From the IMG/VR virus record IMGVR_UViG_3300031555_001322: 33,101 bases of DNA. One strand, 5' to 3'. Shown one piece after another: positions 7,411 to 17,049 of this stretch. The translations under genes and the position numbers were made by a program. The notes beneath the pieces were generated by a model. The model saw nothing but the letters and a program-made list of their open reading frames with translations, had not been told where the DNA came from and did no database searches. How positions within the stretch are numbered: position 1 is the stretch's first letter; each line of letters begins with the position of its first letter. Source of the stretch: a virus.

Positions 7411-8214
7411 CTAATTAATTTTTATTACCTTATATGGAATTAATAAAGTGTTAGAAGTCGAACCATTTAAAGTGGCATCTCCAAATGTAATATCTGATGA
7501 ACTTATTACAAAACTTCTATTCCAACTTCTTGCACTACCAGAGAAATCACTATAATTTATAAAACTGCTATCTCCTACATTTGCTATGCAACTAAGGACA
7601 TCATCGTTGTTGCTTTTATTTCTATAAAACTTTATTAATACTGTGTTTGCACCACTTAAATCTATTTGAACGCTTTGTCCTGCAAATGTTGTTGCTGTGC
7701 TAGTATTTGTCCATAATTCACTTGGATTTAAGTATGCACAACTATAAGCCATACTATTTGAAGTATTATAACTATTTGCTATTTCTAATCCTTGATAATT
7801 CAAATCTTGGCTTTCTATATATAGTTTAGTTGAAGCAGTTGGAGTATCTGGATCTACCATAATTAAATCTCCACTGCCACCACCAACGCTAATTAACTCG
7901 TTTCCATCATAAGCGTAAGCACTTTGACTATCAAAAACTATGTATATTGTATTTTCAGTTGGTTCTTCTCCTGTTGAACCCCAAGTATTTGTTCCTGTTG
8001 CAGTATATATTAAATCATTTGTTGTGTTGTAATACATATCTCCAGTTTCACAAGTAGCTGGTGCTGAACTTGATACTGCTAATAATATTTTGGTTTCGTT
8101 TTCGTTTACTACTTCTTTTATTTCGTTCATATCAGTAGCATTACATTTATTGATATCTGGTATATCACTATTGATATTTAATGCCACTTTATCAGTATAT
8201 ATTATTTTACTCAT
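7411..8214 (-). CDS. Tail fibre/baseplate protein
   Basis: NTNDLIYTATGTNTWGSTGEEPTENTIYIVFDSQSAYAYDGNELISVG pattern; tail module position. Confidence 0.5.
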   Translation of the reverse strand: MSKIIYTDKVALNINSDIPDINKCNATDMNEIKEVVNENETKILLAVSSSAPATCETGDMYYNTTNDLIYTATGTNTWGSTGEEPTENTIYIVFDSQSAYAYDGNELISVGGGSGDLIMVDPDTPTASTKLYIESQDLNYQGLEIANSYNTSNSMAYSCAYLNPSELWTNTSTATTFAGQSVQIDLSGANTVLIKFYRNKSNNDDVLSCIANVGDSSFINYSDFSGSARSWNRSFVISSSDITFGDATLNGSTSNTLLIPYKVIKIN

Positions 8215-8224
8215 ATTTTTCCTC

Positions 8225-10105
8225 CTATTCTATATAACAATCTTGCTTGATTGTATATAATTTTCCACTTTCTAATGAACTTAATCCACTAATTTGTTGA
8301 TAATTTATTATTTTATCTTCACTTCTTAATTGTATATTCATTATTACATTATTTGTAGGGACAAATACATTCATAACATAAGTTGCAACACCGTTCGTTA
8401 TTGTTGGTTGTATTGAATGATCTTCATAAGTTCCATCAAAATAATTTATTCTATATATTGTAGCTTGTGTATCAGTATAGTCTATTGCTCTTGATACACT
8501 TTCATTTAATAATTCGCTTGCCGTTGCATTATTTATGTAAGGTTCTCTATTCCTATTTTGTATTACTAATGAATTATAAAAGTTCAAATAAACATTCTCG
8601 TATATATTCTTAACAAAATTATCTTCATTACTTGTCAATATTTTATTTGTTTTACCCATTAAATCTTGTGTATCTACTGTTATATCATTTACCATAGTGT
8701 TTGGTATTTGTAGTGTACTTAATGTTGTATTTCCATATATACTTACATTATATAAGTTTCTTGCAAACAATAGCGTTCCTTCTCTATCATAAAGAATACA
8801 ACTATTTGGAACTAATGAATTAGTATTTTCATAAGCAACACCGTTATAATTATTAGCATTATAAACTGATTGATATTGTATGCTTTCATCTATTCCTAAA
8901 ATACCAAATGTGTATAAGTTGTAGTTATTACTTATTAAAAACAATACTTTATCAAATGTATTAGAACTTGTGCTATCGGCATAATTATAATATACATCTT
9001 CTCCTATAATATATCCAAAAAAGTATCTTAATCTATCGGTTGCTCCTTGAATAAATTGTTGCCCTACCAAAAATACTGCCATACCATTTATTTTTTTAAA
9101 CGATATGTAATCTATTGTTCCTATTCCTTGTTGTATATTTCCATACCTTATAGTTTCTATTAAATCAAGTTCATAATTGGCATAATCCACTTTGTATATG
9201 TAAAATGGATTGTTTCCTTCTTTTAAAACCAAAACCCCCATATAAGCTGTTGTATCATTTACGATGATTGTTTTTACTTGTTCATAATGAGTATATGCTT
9301 CAGGAAAAGGATATGCTCTTTTTTGCATTACAGTATCATAATAATACTCGGTATAATATCTTACTGTTGTATCATTTGCTTCGGTTTCATAACCATTTGC
9401 TTTTAATACTGTTAATCCGTTATCGTCCCAACTTGCAAATATATCACTTCCATAGAAAGCATAATTTGTATCTTCATATTGATAATCTACCCATTCATTT
9501 GGAGAACCTACATTTATTGTAAGTTCAGTAAGCATTGTTTTAGTTCCATTTGTCATTCCAGCAGTTCCACCAATTATATATTTAGCTTGTCCTACTGCTT
9601 TTATAACACCAAAATAAGTTAATGCTGTATTTATTGGACTTGGTAAATTATAACTTTGTCTTAATTTGACAACGAATTCACTTTGATTTGGTGTTTTTAA
9701 TGTTATATTATTTAACATTATAAATCTTGGTGTTCCATCGTTTACATCTATTCCATAAACATTTCCATCATCTGCTACATTAAGTTTTTGAAATAAACCA
9801 AAACCAGTTCCACTTGTATAACTATCTATAAACTGAATTGGCATCATATCTTGGTCAAGTATTACTATAAAACCTTTTCCACTGTAATCACTATATCCAT
9901 ATAACATTGATAAGTTAGATTGATAACCTTGTAATAAGTCAACTATATATAAATTATTTGCAGAACCTATGTTTTCTTCTAAATAATTTCTTATGGCTGA
10001 CTGTGTTGATAATAAATAAGGAAATTGTGGTTCGTTATCTCCAGTTTCTATATTAAGATTTCCTGTTAGATATCTTAATAATGTATCTTTATAATCTTGT
10101 GTCAT
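8225..10105 (-). CDS. Large tail/baseplate protein, repetitive beta-structure (626 aa)
   Basis: Position after the hub-like gene; repeated YxxxxDDG/N strands suggest a propeller-like fold. Confidence 0.5.
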   Translation of the reverse strand: MTQDYKDTLLRYLTGNLNIETGDNEPQFPYLLSTQSAIRNYLEENIGSANNLYIVDLLQGYQSNLSMLYGYSDYSGKGFIVILDQDMMPIQFIDSYTSGTGFGLFQKLNVADDGNVYGIDVNDGTPRFIMLNNITLKTPNQSEFVVKLRQSYNLPSPINTALTYFGVIKAVGQAKYIIGGTAGMTNGTKTMLTELTINVGSPNEWVDYQYEDTNYAFYGSDIFASWDDNGLTVLKANGYETEANDTTVRYYTEYYYDTVMQKRAYPFPEAYTHYEQVKTIIVNDTTAYMGVLVLKEGNNPFYIYKVDYANYELDLIETIRYGNIQQGIGTIDYISFKKINGMAVFLVGQQFIQGATDRLRYFFGYIIGEDVYYNYADSTSSNTFDKVLFLISNNYNLYTFGILGIDESIQYQSVYNANNYNGVAYENTNSLVPNSCILYDREGTLLFARNLYNVSIYGNTTLSTLQIPNTMVNDITVDTQDLMGKTNKILTSNEDNFVKNIYENVYLNFYNSLVIQNRNREPYINNATASELLNESVSRAIDYTDTQATIYRINYFDGTYEDHSIQPTITNGVATYVMNVFVPTNNVIMNIQLRSEDKIINYQQISGLSSLESGKLYTIKQDCYIE

Positions 10106-10114
10106 ATTTTCCTC

Positions 10115-11587
10115 CTATTCAGTAAACGGACTATTCAATATACTATTTAATACATTGTCATTGCTTACTTCTGTTATTTCTAAATTATCAAATACTATTG
10201 TAGTTGTATTTTCTATATCAATATTACGATCAATGAAATCTCCAGCTGCTATATTTCCTTTTGATTTAGCTCTTTGATTATCGAAATAGTTTATAGCATT
10301 TTCACTATTGAAACTTGAACTTAATGTATATGTATAAAATATTTTATTTGCTGTTATTATCATTTCTGTTTCTTTTGCTTTTACCATATAATCTATATTT
10401 AATTGTGTTAATGGTACTCCTGATACACTAACTATTTGTCCTACATTCCATATATTATTATCTTCTGTTGTTATAGTTAATGTTATTTCAGCACTACCTT
10501 TATATTTTATATAAGAATTACCTATTGCAACTAACTCATCACTAGATAATACATCGTTTCTGTTTTCGTATCTTGCTATAACACCTTTTCTACCAGTGTT
10601 GCTTGATATTCTATCTACTTCTTCATCGTTATATATTACTTGTCTACCTTTTACTAAAGGTAAATAACTTATATCTATTGTAGTACCTGCTGTGTATAAA
10701 TTATCGGTTTCTATTTTATTAGAACCTACACTATAATAAAAATCTGCTTCTATTCCTAAACTTTTCTCGTCCATTGTTGCTACTGATACAACAGTTCCAT
10801 TTACTGATATTCCACTTAATGAAGCTATATTGTTTTCAGTAGTAAATGATTTAGCATATCCATCGGCAATTATTTGTTCATTATATAATATTTCTCCATA
10901 TACTTCATTAGACAACATTACTTGTTTATTACGATAATCTTGTGCTGAATAACTATAACTCATATCAACTATTTTATTGTTTTCAAAGAATGTTTTATTA
11001 TAAACAAATGTTGTTCCTATTGGCATTAATGTTGGATCGTAAAAGTCTACTGCTATTTTTGTATCGTCTACAAGTCTTGTAGTCCACCTAGATTGTGTAA
11101 TATCTGCTAAATAGTTAAATACATCATAAGCAGTCTTTTCAGCCGTAGAATAGGCTCCTATAATTTCATTGCCACCATATATATCTATGTTTCCTAACAC
11201 AACCCCATAATCACTTACTGCATTTACTACCATTTCTATTGCTTCTTCTACTGTTTTATTGTTTATAACAAAATCAAGTGTTTCACCAGTAGACAAAAAC
11301 TCTTTAAAATCAAGTATTTGTATATCACAACCGTGAAATTGTCTTGGATTTAAGTTTATATTTCCTGTTCTTTTTGCTATACCACAAAATAATAAATTAT
11401 CATCATCGTCATATATTAAACATTTTGAATAATCTTCAGGATAATAATATTGTGTATAGTCTTTTGTATCTTCCCAACTTAAAGGATAACAGTTATTTAA
11501 AATAGTAGAGGAAGTGTTTAGCATTTCTTCTTTTATAGTTATTTTATTACTACATACTACTTCTTCGTTATTAATTAATATTTTCAT
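10115..11587 (-). CDS. Tail-associated / baseplate hub-like protein (start corrected to MKILINNEEVV)
   Basis: 491 aa directly after the TMP gene; ATG at 11587 fits spacing better than the track start at 11632 inside the TMP gene. Confidence 0.6.
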   Translation of the reverse strand: MKILINNEEVVCSNKITIKEEMLNTSSTILNNCYPLSWEDTKDYTQYYYPEDYSKCLIYDDDDNLLFCGIAKRTGNINLNPRQFHGCDIQILDFKEFLSTGETLDFVINNKTVEEAIEMVVNAVSDYGVVLGNIDIYGGNEIIGAYSTAEKTAYDVFNYLADITQSRWTTRLVDDTKIAVDFYDPTLMPIGTTFVYNKTFFENNKIVDMSYSYSAQDYRNKQVMLSNEVYGEILYNEQIIADGYAKSFTTENNIASLSGISVNGTVVSVATMDEKSLGIEADFYYSVGSNKIETDNLYTAGTTIDISYLPLVKGRQVIYNDEEVDRISSNTGRKGVIARYENRNDVLSSDELVAIGNSYIKYKGSAEITLTITTEDNNIWNVGQIVSVSGVPLTQLNIDYMVKAKETEMIITANKIFYTYTLSSSFNSENAINYFDNQRAKSKGNIAAGDFIDRNIDIENTTTIVFDNLEITEVSNDNVLNSILNSPFTE

Positions 11588-11588
11588 A

Positions 11589-13460
11589 CTAAACACCTGC
11601 TCCGTAATTATAATCGTTTTTAGCACCACCACTAAATGTTTTTATGCTTGATACTGTTTGTCCTAATGGATCAGTCTTGAAGTCTGCATATACATTTATT
11701 ATTGGTTTCATTCCAGAAGATTGCATACCACCTAATGTACTTGGACTTAAGCCATTTGCATAAGGATTGAACTTTTTAGGCACTACTGCTTCTCCTTCGT
11801 GTATCATAGCTAATGTATCATTTGGCACATAATTAGTACCTACATTTAATCTTGGTATTTTATCAAAATGTAATCCTTTTCCACCTACGCCTGGAACCCA
11901 ATTAGGTATTTTTATTTTATTTAATGCTTTAATAAATGCATTTAATCCATCTATCAAAAAGTTAATTGGTGCTTTTATTACTGCTACTACACCACCTACT
12001 ATTGTTTCAGCAGCTTTCTTTATACCATTAAATACTTTTTCTACACCTTTTTTAGCATTTTCAAAGGCTGATATAAAGAAATTAGCCACATTTGAAAATA
12101 TAGATTTAATTCCATTCATTATTCCATCAACGAAGTTTCTAAATCCACCAAAGTTGTCATATAATAATTTGAATGCTCCAGCAAATGGATTAACAATTAA
12201 CAATAATAATCCTTGCCAATTGTTTTTTACGAAATCAACTATTGAATTGAATAATCCTACAATAAAATCTACTGCTGTTTTGATTACATTGACTACACCG
12301 TCCCATAATCCTTTCCAAAAGTTTCTAAATGCTTCACAATTATTCCATAAGTAAATGAATGCTGCTGTCAATGCTGCGACTGCTGCTATAATTAATGTTA
12401 TTGGACCTCCTGCTGCTGCTATTGCTAACTTTAATCCTAACATTGCTGCTTTAACACTATTAATAATTGCTATTACTGTTTTGATTGTTTTGAATGTTGC
12501 TACAAACGTTGCCACTGCTAATGTTAATGGTATTATCCATTCTTTATTTTTCTTTATCCAACGAGCTATATTTATTATAACAGGAATAACTTTTTTGATT
12601 ACTTTTCCTATTGCAGTAAATGCTTTTTCTCCTGCTTTACCTATTTTTTGTAAAACACCAGACAATCCACCAAAATCAACTAATGCTTCGTCTACACTTG
12701 TTAATATTGTTCCTATTCCTCTTACAAAAGCAGTTTTCATATTTTTAACTGATGTTCCTATACCACCTGTTGCATTACGAGCTTGTTCATCAAATGATTT
12801 AAAACCATTTATTCCTTCTGTATTCATAAGCATCATAGTGTCCATCATTCGTTGGAACTCAGCAGCTCCTTCTTCTGCTCTTACTGCTTCTCCAAGCATT
12901 GCTGCATCAGTATATCCCATAGCTACTGCTACTTGTTTAAGTTGTGCTGGCATAGCAGTCATCAATGTTCTCCATTCCATCATATCTGGCTTGCCTTTAG
13001 CGTACGCTTGACTTATTTGTTCTAGTGCTGCACTTTGAACTGAAGCATTGGCTCCACCTGCTAAGATGGCATTATTTACTGCTAAAAATAATTTTTCACT
13101 TTGTTTTACATCTCCATTTTTAGAAGTAAATCTTTGTACTGACATAGCAGCATCATTTAATGTAGTAGGCAACCCTTTTAATTTTTCACTTAAATCATTA
13201 ATTACTTCTGCACTTTCTTCTGCACCTATTCCAAGATTACTCATTACTCGTGGAAAGTTATTTAATGTATCTACTCTAGAAATAGCATCGTCTAATCCAG
13301 ATTTAAACACGCTTATTGCAGTTGTTATTCCTTTTGCTGCCAAACTTGCTAATGTAAAACTTTTTGTAAGTCCATCTATACTAGCAGTCATCTCTTTTGT
13401 GGATCTGTCTGCGTCTTTTGTATCGCCTTTAAACTTTATTAAGACTTCTGCATTATTCAT
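11589..13460 (-). CDS. Tape measure protein
   Basis: 623 aa; AAKGITTAISVFKSGLDDAISRVDTLNNFPRVMSNLGI... plus hydrophobic segments and FRNFWKGLWDGVVNVIKTAVDFIVGLFNSIVDFVKNNW. Confidence 0.9.
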   Translation of the reverse strand: MNNAEVLIKFKGDTKDADRSTKEMTASIDGLTKSFTLASLAAKGITTAISVFKSGLDDAISRVDTLNNFPRVMSNLGIGAEESAEVINDLSEKLKGLPTTLNDAAMSVQRFTSKNGDVKQSEKLFLAVNNAILAGGANASVQSAALEQISQAYAKGKPDMMEWRTLMTAMPAQLKQVAVAMGYTDAAMLGEAVRAEEGAAEFQRMMDTMMLMNTEGINGFKSFDEQARNATGGIGTSVKNMKTAFVRGIGTILTSVDEALVDFGGLSGVLQKIGKAGEKAFTAIGKVIKKVIPVIINIARWIKKNKEWIIPLTLAVATFVATFKTIKTVIAIINSVKAAMLGLKLAIAAAGGPITLIIAAVAALTAAFIYLWNNCEAFRNFWKGLWDGVVNVIKTAVDFIVGLFNSIVDFVKNNWQGLLLLIVNPFAGAFKLLYDNFGGFRNFVDGIMNGIKSIFSNVANFFISAFENAKKGVEKVFNGIKKAAETIVGGVVAVIKAPINFLIDGLNAFIKALNKIKIPNWVPGVGGKGLHFDKIPRLNVGTNYVPNDTLAMIHEGEAVVPKKFNPYANGLSPSTLGGMQSSGMKPIINVYADFKTDPLGQTVSSIKTFSGGAKNDYNYGAGV

Positions 13461-13484
13461 ATTTTTTCTCCTTTCTTTAATAAT

Positions 13485-13511
13485 AAAAAGGTAGAGGTTT
13501 TACCCCCTACC
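13485..13511 (-). terminator. Intrinsic terminator between major tail and tape measure genes
   Basis: Minus: GGTAGGGG-GTAAAA-CCTCTACC-TTTTTATTATT (8-bp stem with one G-U). Confidence 0.75.
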
Positions 13512-13520
13512 CTAAAGGAT

Positions 13521-13994
13521 TTATGCTGAAGCTACTTCAGTTGCTTTTCCTATTAGTTGCATTTCAAATGAGAACTCGCTTTCATCTTCTGCTGCTCCAC
13601 CTAGATCACTTAAGTTAAGAGATACTTGTGCTTGATAAGTAGTATATTCTAATGTACTATTACTTACACCACTTAATAAATCAAACTTAACAAGTATTCC
13701 ACTGAATTGTGAAACTTCTCCATCAGCGATTAAAGTATGAACTTTATCTAAGAAAGCTATATCTCCTTCATTGTTTACATCTAATTTTAAAGTACCAGTT
13801 AATGTCACACTAGCACCAGTAATTAGTTTTCTTTGTAAAGCATCACAGAAAACATAGAAATCTTTTTCTTCAAGTTCAGTTTCTACACCAATCTCACTTG
13901 TAGTACAAATAGTAGTAAAAGTTGGATTTTCAGTAGTTCCTGTATTAATAGCTAGATTTTTAATAAGTTCTCTATTACTAATATACCATTCCAT
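13521..13994 (-). CDS. Major tail protein
   Basis: 157 aa; ends before the TMP gene; TLTGTLKLDVNNEGDIAFLDKVHTLI...EDESEFSFEMQLIGKATE pattern. Confidence 0.75.
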   Translation of the reverse strand: MEWYISNRELIKNLAINTGTTENPTFTTICTTSEIGVETELEEKDFYVFCDALQRKLITGASVTLTGTLKLDVNNEGDIAFLDKVHTLIADGEVSQFSGILVKFDLLSGVSNSTLEYTTYQAQVSLNLSDLGGAAEDESEFSFEMQLIGKATEVASA

Positions 13995-14006
13995 AATTTT
14001 CCTCCT

Positions 14007-14435
14007 TTATGATATCCTATTAACTATACATTGAAGTGTAGAAGTATAACTCACTCTACGGATATCTTCGTATGCAATAGTTCTAGGGTTTGTAAATTGT
14101 TTAAACATTATTTGCCATTGTTGTATTTCTTTCTTTTTGTCTTTATCAACTGTTTCCCAATCAAAATATACATTATTACCTATTAAATTGCCTATAATTA
14201 CACTTGTTTCTTTTGCTTCTTTGATATTATTATCAAATATATCAATGTTATAATAATTAAATAAAGGATCCGTATCCCATAATACAACTTTTTGTCCTGA
14301 TGTTTCTTGAACTACAATAACTTTTATATCGTTGTCATTAGTGGAATATTCTGCTTTAATCTTATATCCTTCAATGATAGAATTAAGATAAGCTATTAAC
14401 ACTAAGTTTTTATTTTTTATGTCTTGTTCGCTCAT
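14007..14435 (-). CDS. Tail terminator/minor capsid-like protein
   Basis: 142 aa; position between the head-tail joining and major tail genes. Confidence 0.5.
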   Translation of the reverse strand: MSEQDIKNKNLVLIAYLNSIIEGYKIKAEYSTNDNDIKVIVVQETSGQKVVLWDTDPLFNYYNIDIFDNNIKEAKETSVIIGNLIGNNVYFDWETVDKDKKKEIQQWQIMFKQFTNPRTIAYEDIRRVSYTSTLQCIVNRIS

Positions 14436-14436
14436 T

Positions 14437-14790
14437 TTACACCTCTTTCAATGCGTGCGATACTGCATCTCCAACAATTGTTCCTGCATTTTTTTCGAAT
14501 ATAGAATGATACCATTGAGGCTTTGTACTAGGATTAGTCCAATTAACATTCTTATAGTTATAAACTCTCTTGGCATAATCTACACCAGTTCCTAAACTAT
14601 AAGAAGCATTATTACCTTCAATTGGTAATGCAATTTCACTTCTACTTAATTTACCTGTTAAATAAGGATAAGCATTACTGCTTTTTGTTATTTCTCGAGT
14701 TAGTAAAGCACAATTATACACTGTTTTATCTTCAAAATGTTTTATTTGGTTTTCTGGTATCCCTTTTATTATCTTAACTTCAATATCCAT
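14437..14790 (-). CDS. Minor capsid / HK97-gp10-like protein
   Basis: TREITKSSNAYPYLTGKLSRS...GTGVDYAKRVYNY pattern and position. Confidence 0.6.
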   Translation of the reverse strand: MDIEVKIIKGIPENQIKHFEDKTVYNCALLTREITKSSNAYPYLTGKLSRSEIALPIEGNNASYSLGTGVDYAKRVYNYKNVNWTNPSTKPQWYHSIFEKNAGTIVGDAVSHALKEV

Positions 14791-15104
14791 TATTTTACTG
14801 CTAGTATAATATTAGCAACTTTATTCCATATCCAATTATCTTTTAAATCTATTATAGAGAATGTCCTATCGCCAACTATTATTTCATCACCTTCTCTTAC
14901 ATCTACACTACTCTTAACTATAAAATAGCCTTTTGCTTGTGCAGTTGTATATTCTCCAAAAGCAACACTTTCATCAACATTATAAGGACATACTTTTATG
15001 TCTACTTCTTGTTTGTCTTGATCGTCATATACACTACTTTCATTTCTATTATTTTGAATTAAAGTAGCAGGTATTCCATTGACATTAAACATATTAATCT
15101 CCAA
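14790..15104 (-). CDS. Head-tail connector/minor capsid-like protein
   Basis: DVREGDEIIVGDRTFSIIDLKDNW...IILAVK pattern and position. Confidence 0.5.
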   Translation of the reverse strand: MEINMFNVNGIPATLIQNNRNESSVYDDQDKQEVDIKVCPYNVDESVAFGEYTTAQAKGYFIVKSSVDVREGDEIIVGDRTFSIIDLKDNWIWNKVANIILAVK

Positions 15105-15459
15105 ACGGTATATTCATACCCATATTTTGATTAATTGGATTTCCTCTATATAGATAACCAGCATTTCCTAGCATTCTTAATGCAAGTGTACTTATATCAC
15201 TTATAAGATCACTTTCCATTGCTCCTGCTTTTATTGAACCACGATTATCTAAAAAAGGTATTTCGTATTCTAACATAAATCTTAATTGTTCCATACTGGC
15301 ATTTTTAATAGCCATAGGGCAAGTTGTATCGTTCCAATTTGGATTACGATATCTTACCCCTACTTGACTATATATCATTTCACAAGCCATTTCTATTTGA
15401 TAGAGTTCAACTTGTGTATCATATTTTTCTTCGTATTCTTCTATTGTAAAGAATTGCAT
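15094..15459 (-). CDS. Head-tail connector (gp6-like) protein
   Basis: 121 aa directly after the capsid gene; helical AIKNASMEQLRFMLEYEIPFL. Confidence 0.55.
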   Translation of the reverse strand: MQFFTIEEYEEKYDTQVELYQIEMACEMIYSQVGVRYRNPNWNDTTCPMAIKNASMEQLRFMLEYEIPFLDNRGSIKAGAMESDLISDISTLALRMLGNAGYLYRGNPINQNMGMNIPFGD

Positions 15460-15479
15460 AGGTTTTCACCTACTTTCTA

Positions 15480-16325
15480 TTAAGCTGATATTTCGTCTAC
15501 TAATCTTACGATAGCTTCAGGTCTAACAACTTCTGCACCAAACATTTGGTTTCCTTCAAGAACATAGTATCCAGGATATCCTTGTGGACTATTATGTTGA
15601 ACGAATGCACTGAAGAATGTATCTCCTACAACTGCGATTGGGTTGAAGAAGTATCCAATAGTTCCGTCTAATACATTGTCATTGATTTCGAATGCAGATA
15701 TACCATAAGCAACTGCTATGATACCCATATCTACACCTTCACGACCAGACATAGTTTCATATTTAAGAACTGAAGTTAATGCTGATACATAGTTAGCATA
15801 TTCAGTAGCTCCTAAACCAATTCTATAATCTCCTGTGATATCTTTATTGAATAATTTAGCTCTTAAAGAGTTAAGTAATTTGATGTAGTCATCGCTAGTA
15901 GTTGGAGCCCATTCGAACTCGTCCATAGTAGCTGCTGCTAATTTACCATATCCATAAGTATCGATTTGTTTAGCAATAGCACTGTCTTCTAGGTCAGCTG
16001 CGTCTTGAATAGCGTTAGTAATATCGCTTCCAGAAACTACTAATGGTACACGGATTGAATAATCCATTGGTAATTCAGTTAAATCTACCATAGTGTGAGT
16101 ATAAGTAGTTAATGCTGGTGTTAATCCTGATTGGATTTCTTTTGTGCTTCTAACATTTACTGATAGAGCATTAGTTTTTGCTATTTCGATTACTGGAGAT
16201 CCAGTTTGTCTTAATTCTCCAATATAGTTAGTATTTAAAAATTTGTAGAATGTTGATTGATATAAAATACTATCATACACTCTTTTTGCGAATGCTTGTA
16301 AATCTAAGTTTACTTCTGCGTACAT
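15480..16325 (-). CDS. Major capsid protein
   Basis: 281 aa; RQTGSPVIEIAKTNALSVN...PFIxxx-like capsid pattern MDYSIRVPLVVSGSDITNAIQDAAD; follows scaffold. Confidence 0.8.
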   Translation of the reverse strand: MYAEVNLDLQAFAKRVYDSILYQSTFYKFLNTNYIGELRQTGSPVIEIAKTNALSVNVRSTKEIQSGLTPALTTYTHTMVDLTELPMDYSIRVPLVVSGSDITNAIQDAADLEDSAIAKQIDTYGYGKLAAATMDEFEWAPTTSDDYIKLLNSLRAKLFNKDITGDYRIGLGATEYANYVSALTSVLKYETMSGREGVDMGIIAVAYGISAFEINDNVLDGTIGYFFNPIAVVGDTFFSAFVQHNSPQGYPGYYVLEGNQMFGAEVVRPEAIVRLVDEISA

Positions 16326-16343
16326 AATTTAATCTCTCCTTCT

Positions 16344-16868
16344 CTATTTGATTACTAAATCTTTAATTCTTGAGTTTCTAGTAATCTTTATTTCTTGTTT
16401 TGTTTCATTTGTTGAATTAAAACTAGGTTCTTCTGGTATTTTAGGTTTTTCTGGTTCATTAGAAGTAAAACCAAATGTAGATCCATAGCGTTCTTTAATA
16501 GCAGAAAATGCTTTTATATCATCTTCTTCACTTTCATAAACACTGTTTCTTAATTTAGATACTTCTTCTAAGTCTTCCTTTCTAAATCCTAAAGAAACCA
16601 TTTCAACTTTTTGTTTTAATCCTTGATTTGCATTAGTTAGTTCTGTATTTCGTGCCTCGATATCAGCATAAGACTTTTCCAACTTATTTTTTTCATCTTC
16701 AAGTGTAGTGTATTTTGATGTATATTCTTTTTCAGCTTCGTTTCTTGCTTTGTCTACTTCTTCACTTAATACATAACCTTTTCTAATGTCTTTTTCAAGT
16801 TTTTCGAAGTCAATGTCTTCGTTGGACACTTGAATATCCTTGTTTTTTAGATATTTTGAAATATCCAT
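16344..16868 (-). CDS. Phage scaffold (GP20-like) protein; start corrected to MDISKYLKNKD
   Basis: Coiled-coil protein between portal/minor head and capsid; GGAGGAAGAATA-ATG RBS. The track start at 16967 lies inside a non-coding structured region. Confidence 0.8.
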   Translation of the reverse strand: MDISKYLKNKDIQVSNEDIDFEKLEKDIRKGYVLSEEVDKARNEAEKEYTSKYTTLEDEKNKLEKSYADIEARNTELTNANQGLKQKVEMVSLGFRKEDLEEVSKLRNSVYESEEDDIKAFSAIKERYGSTFGFTSNEPEKPKIPEEPSFNSTNETKQEIKITRNSRIKDLVIK

Positions 16869-16914
16869 TATTCTTCCTCCTATTTGTCGACTATTTAGAA
16901 GTGAGTGGTGGCAC

Positions 16915-17028
16915 TTTATAAGCACCATTGAATAGATATAAGTTCTGCACTCGACAGATTTAAGCATATTGCTAATTGCGAACCTGATTAGTTATTCATA
17001 TCTACTCAATGCAACCTATAAAGATTGC
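16915..17028 (-). ncRNA. Structured RNA element, copy A
   Basis: Minus RNA: hairpin CAATC(17027-17023)/GGTTG(17016-17012) with loop TTTATA (17022-17017); long stem CATTGAGTAGATAT (17011-16998) / ATATCTATTCAATG (16939-16926); GTGCT; then TATAAA (16920-16915), complementary to the hairpin loop. Confidence 0.7.
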
Positions 17029-17049
17029 ACTATAAGGGACAGTTTATGC

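Noticed and set aside
12154-13494. Three large plus-strand ORFs opposite the tape-measure gene
   Set aside because: Antisense shadows of a well-supported TMP gene; no RBS or recognisable domains.
16869-16967. Upstream extension of the scaffold ORF (MLKSVECRTYIYSMVLIKC...)
   Set aside because: Lies in the structured non-coding element; the strong RBS GGAGGAAGAATA precedes the ATG at 16868.
16940-16997. tRNA-like T-arm (GGTTCGCAATTAG) in the apical part of RNA copy A
   Set aside because: No acceptor, D-arm or anticodon arm can be assembled; the motif is absent from copy B. No tRNAs were found in the window.
16900-17040. Group I/II intron, THF riboswitch or pistol ribozyme interpretation of the RNA element
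   Set aside because: GAGTAGAT and the loop-tail pseudoknot are superficially similar, but conserved cores, splice contexts and the expected internal order are not present.
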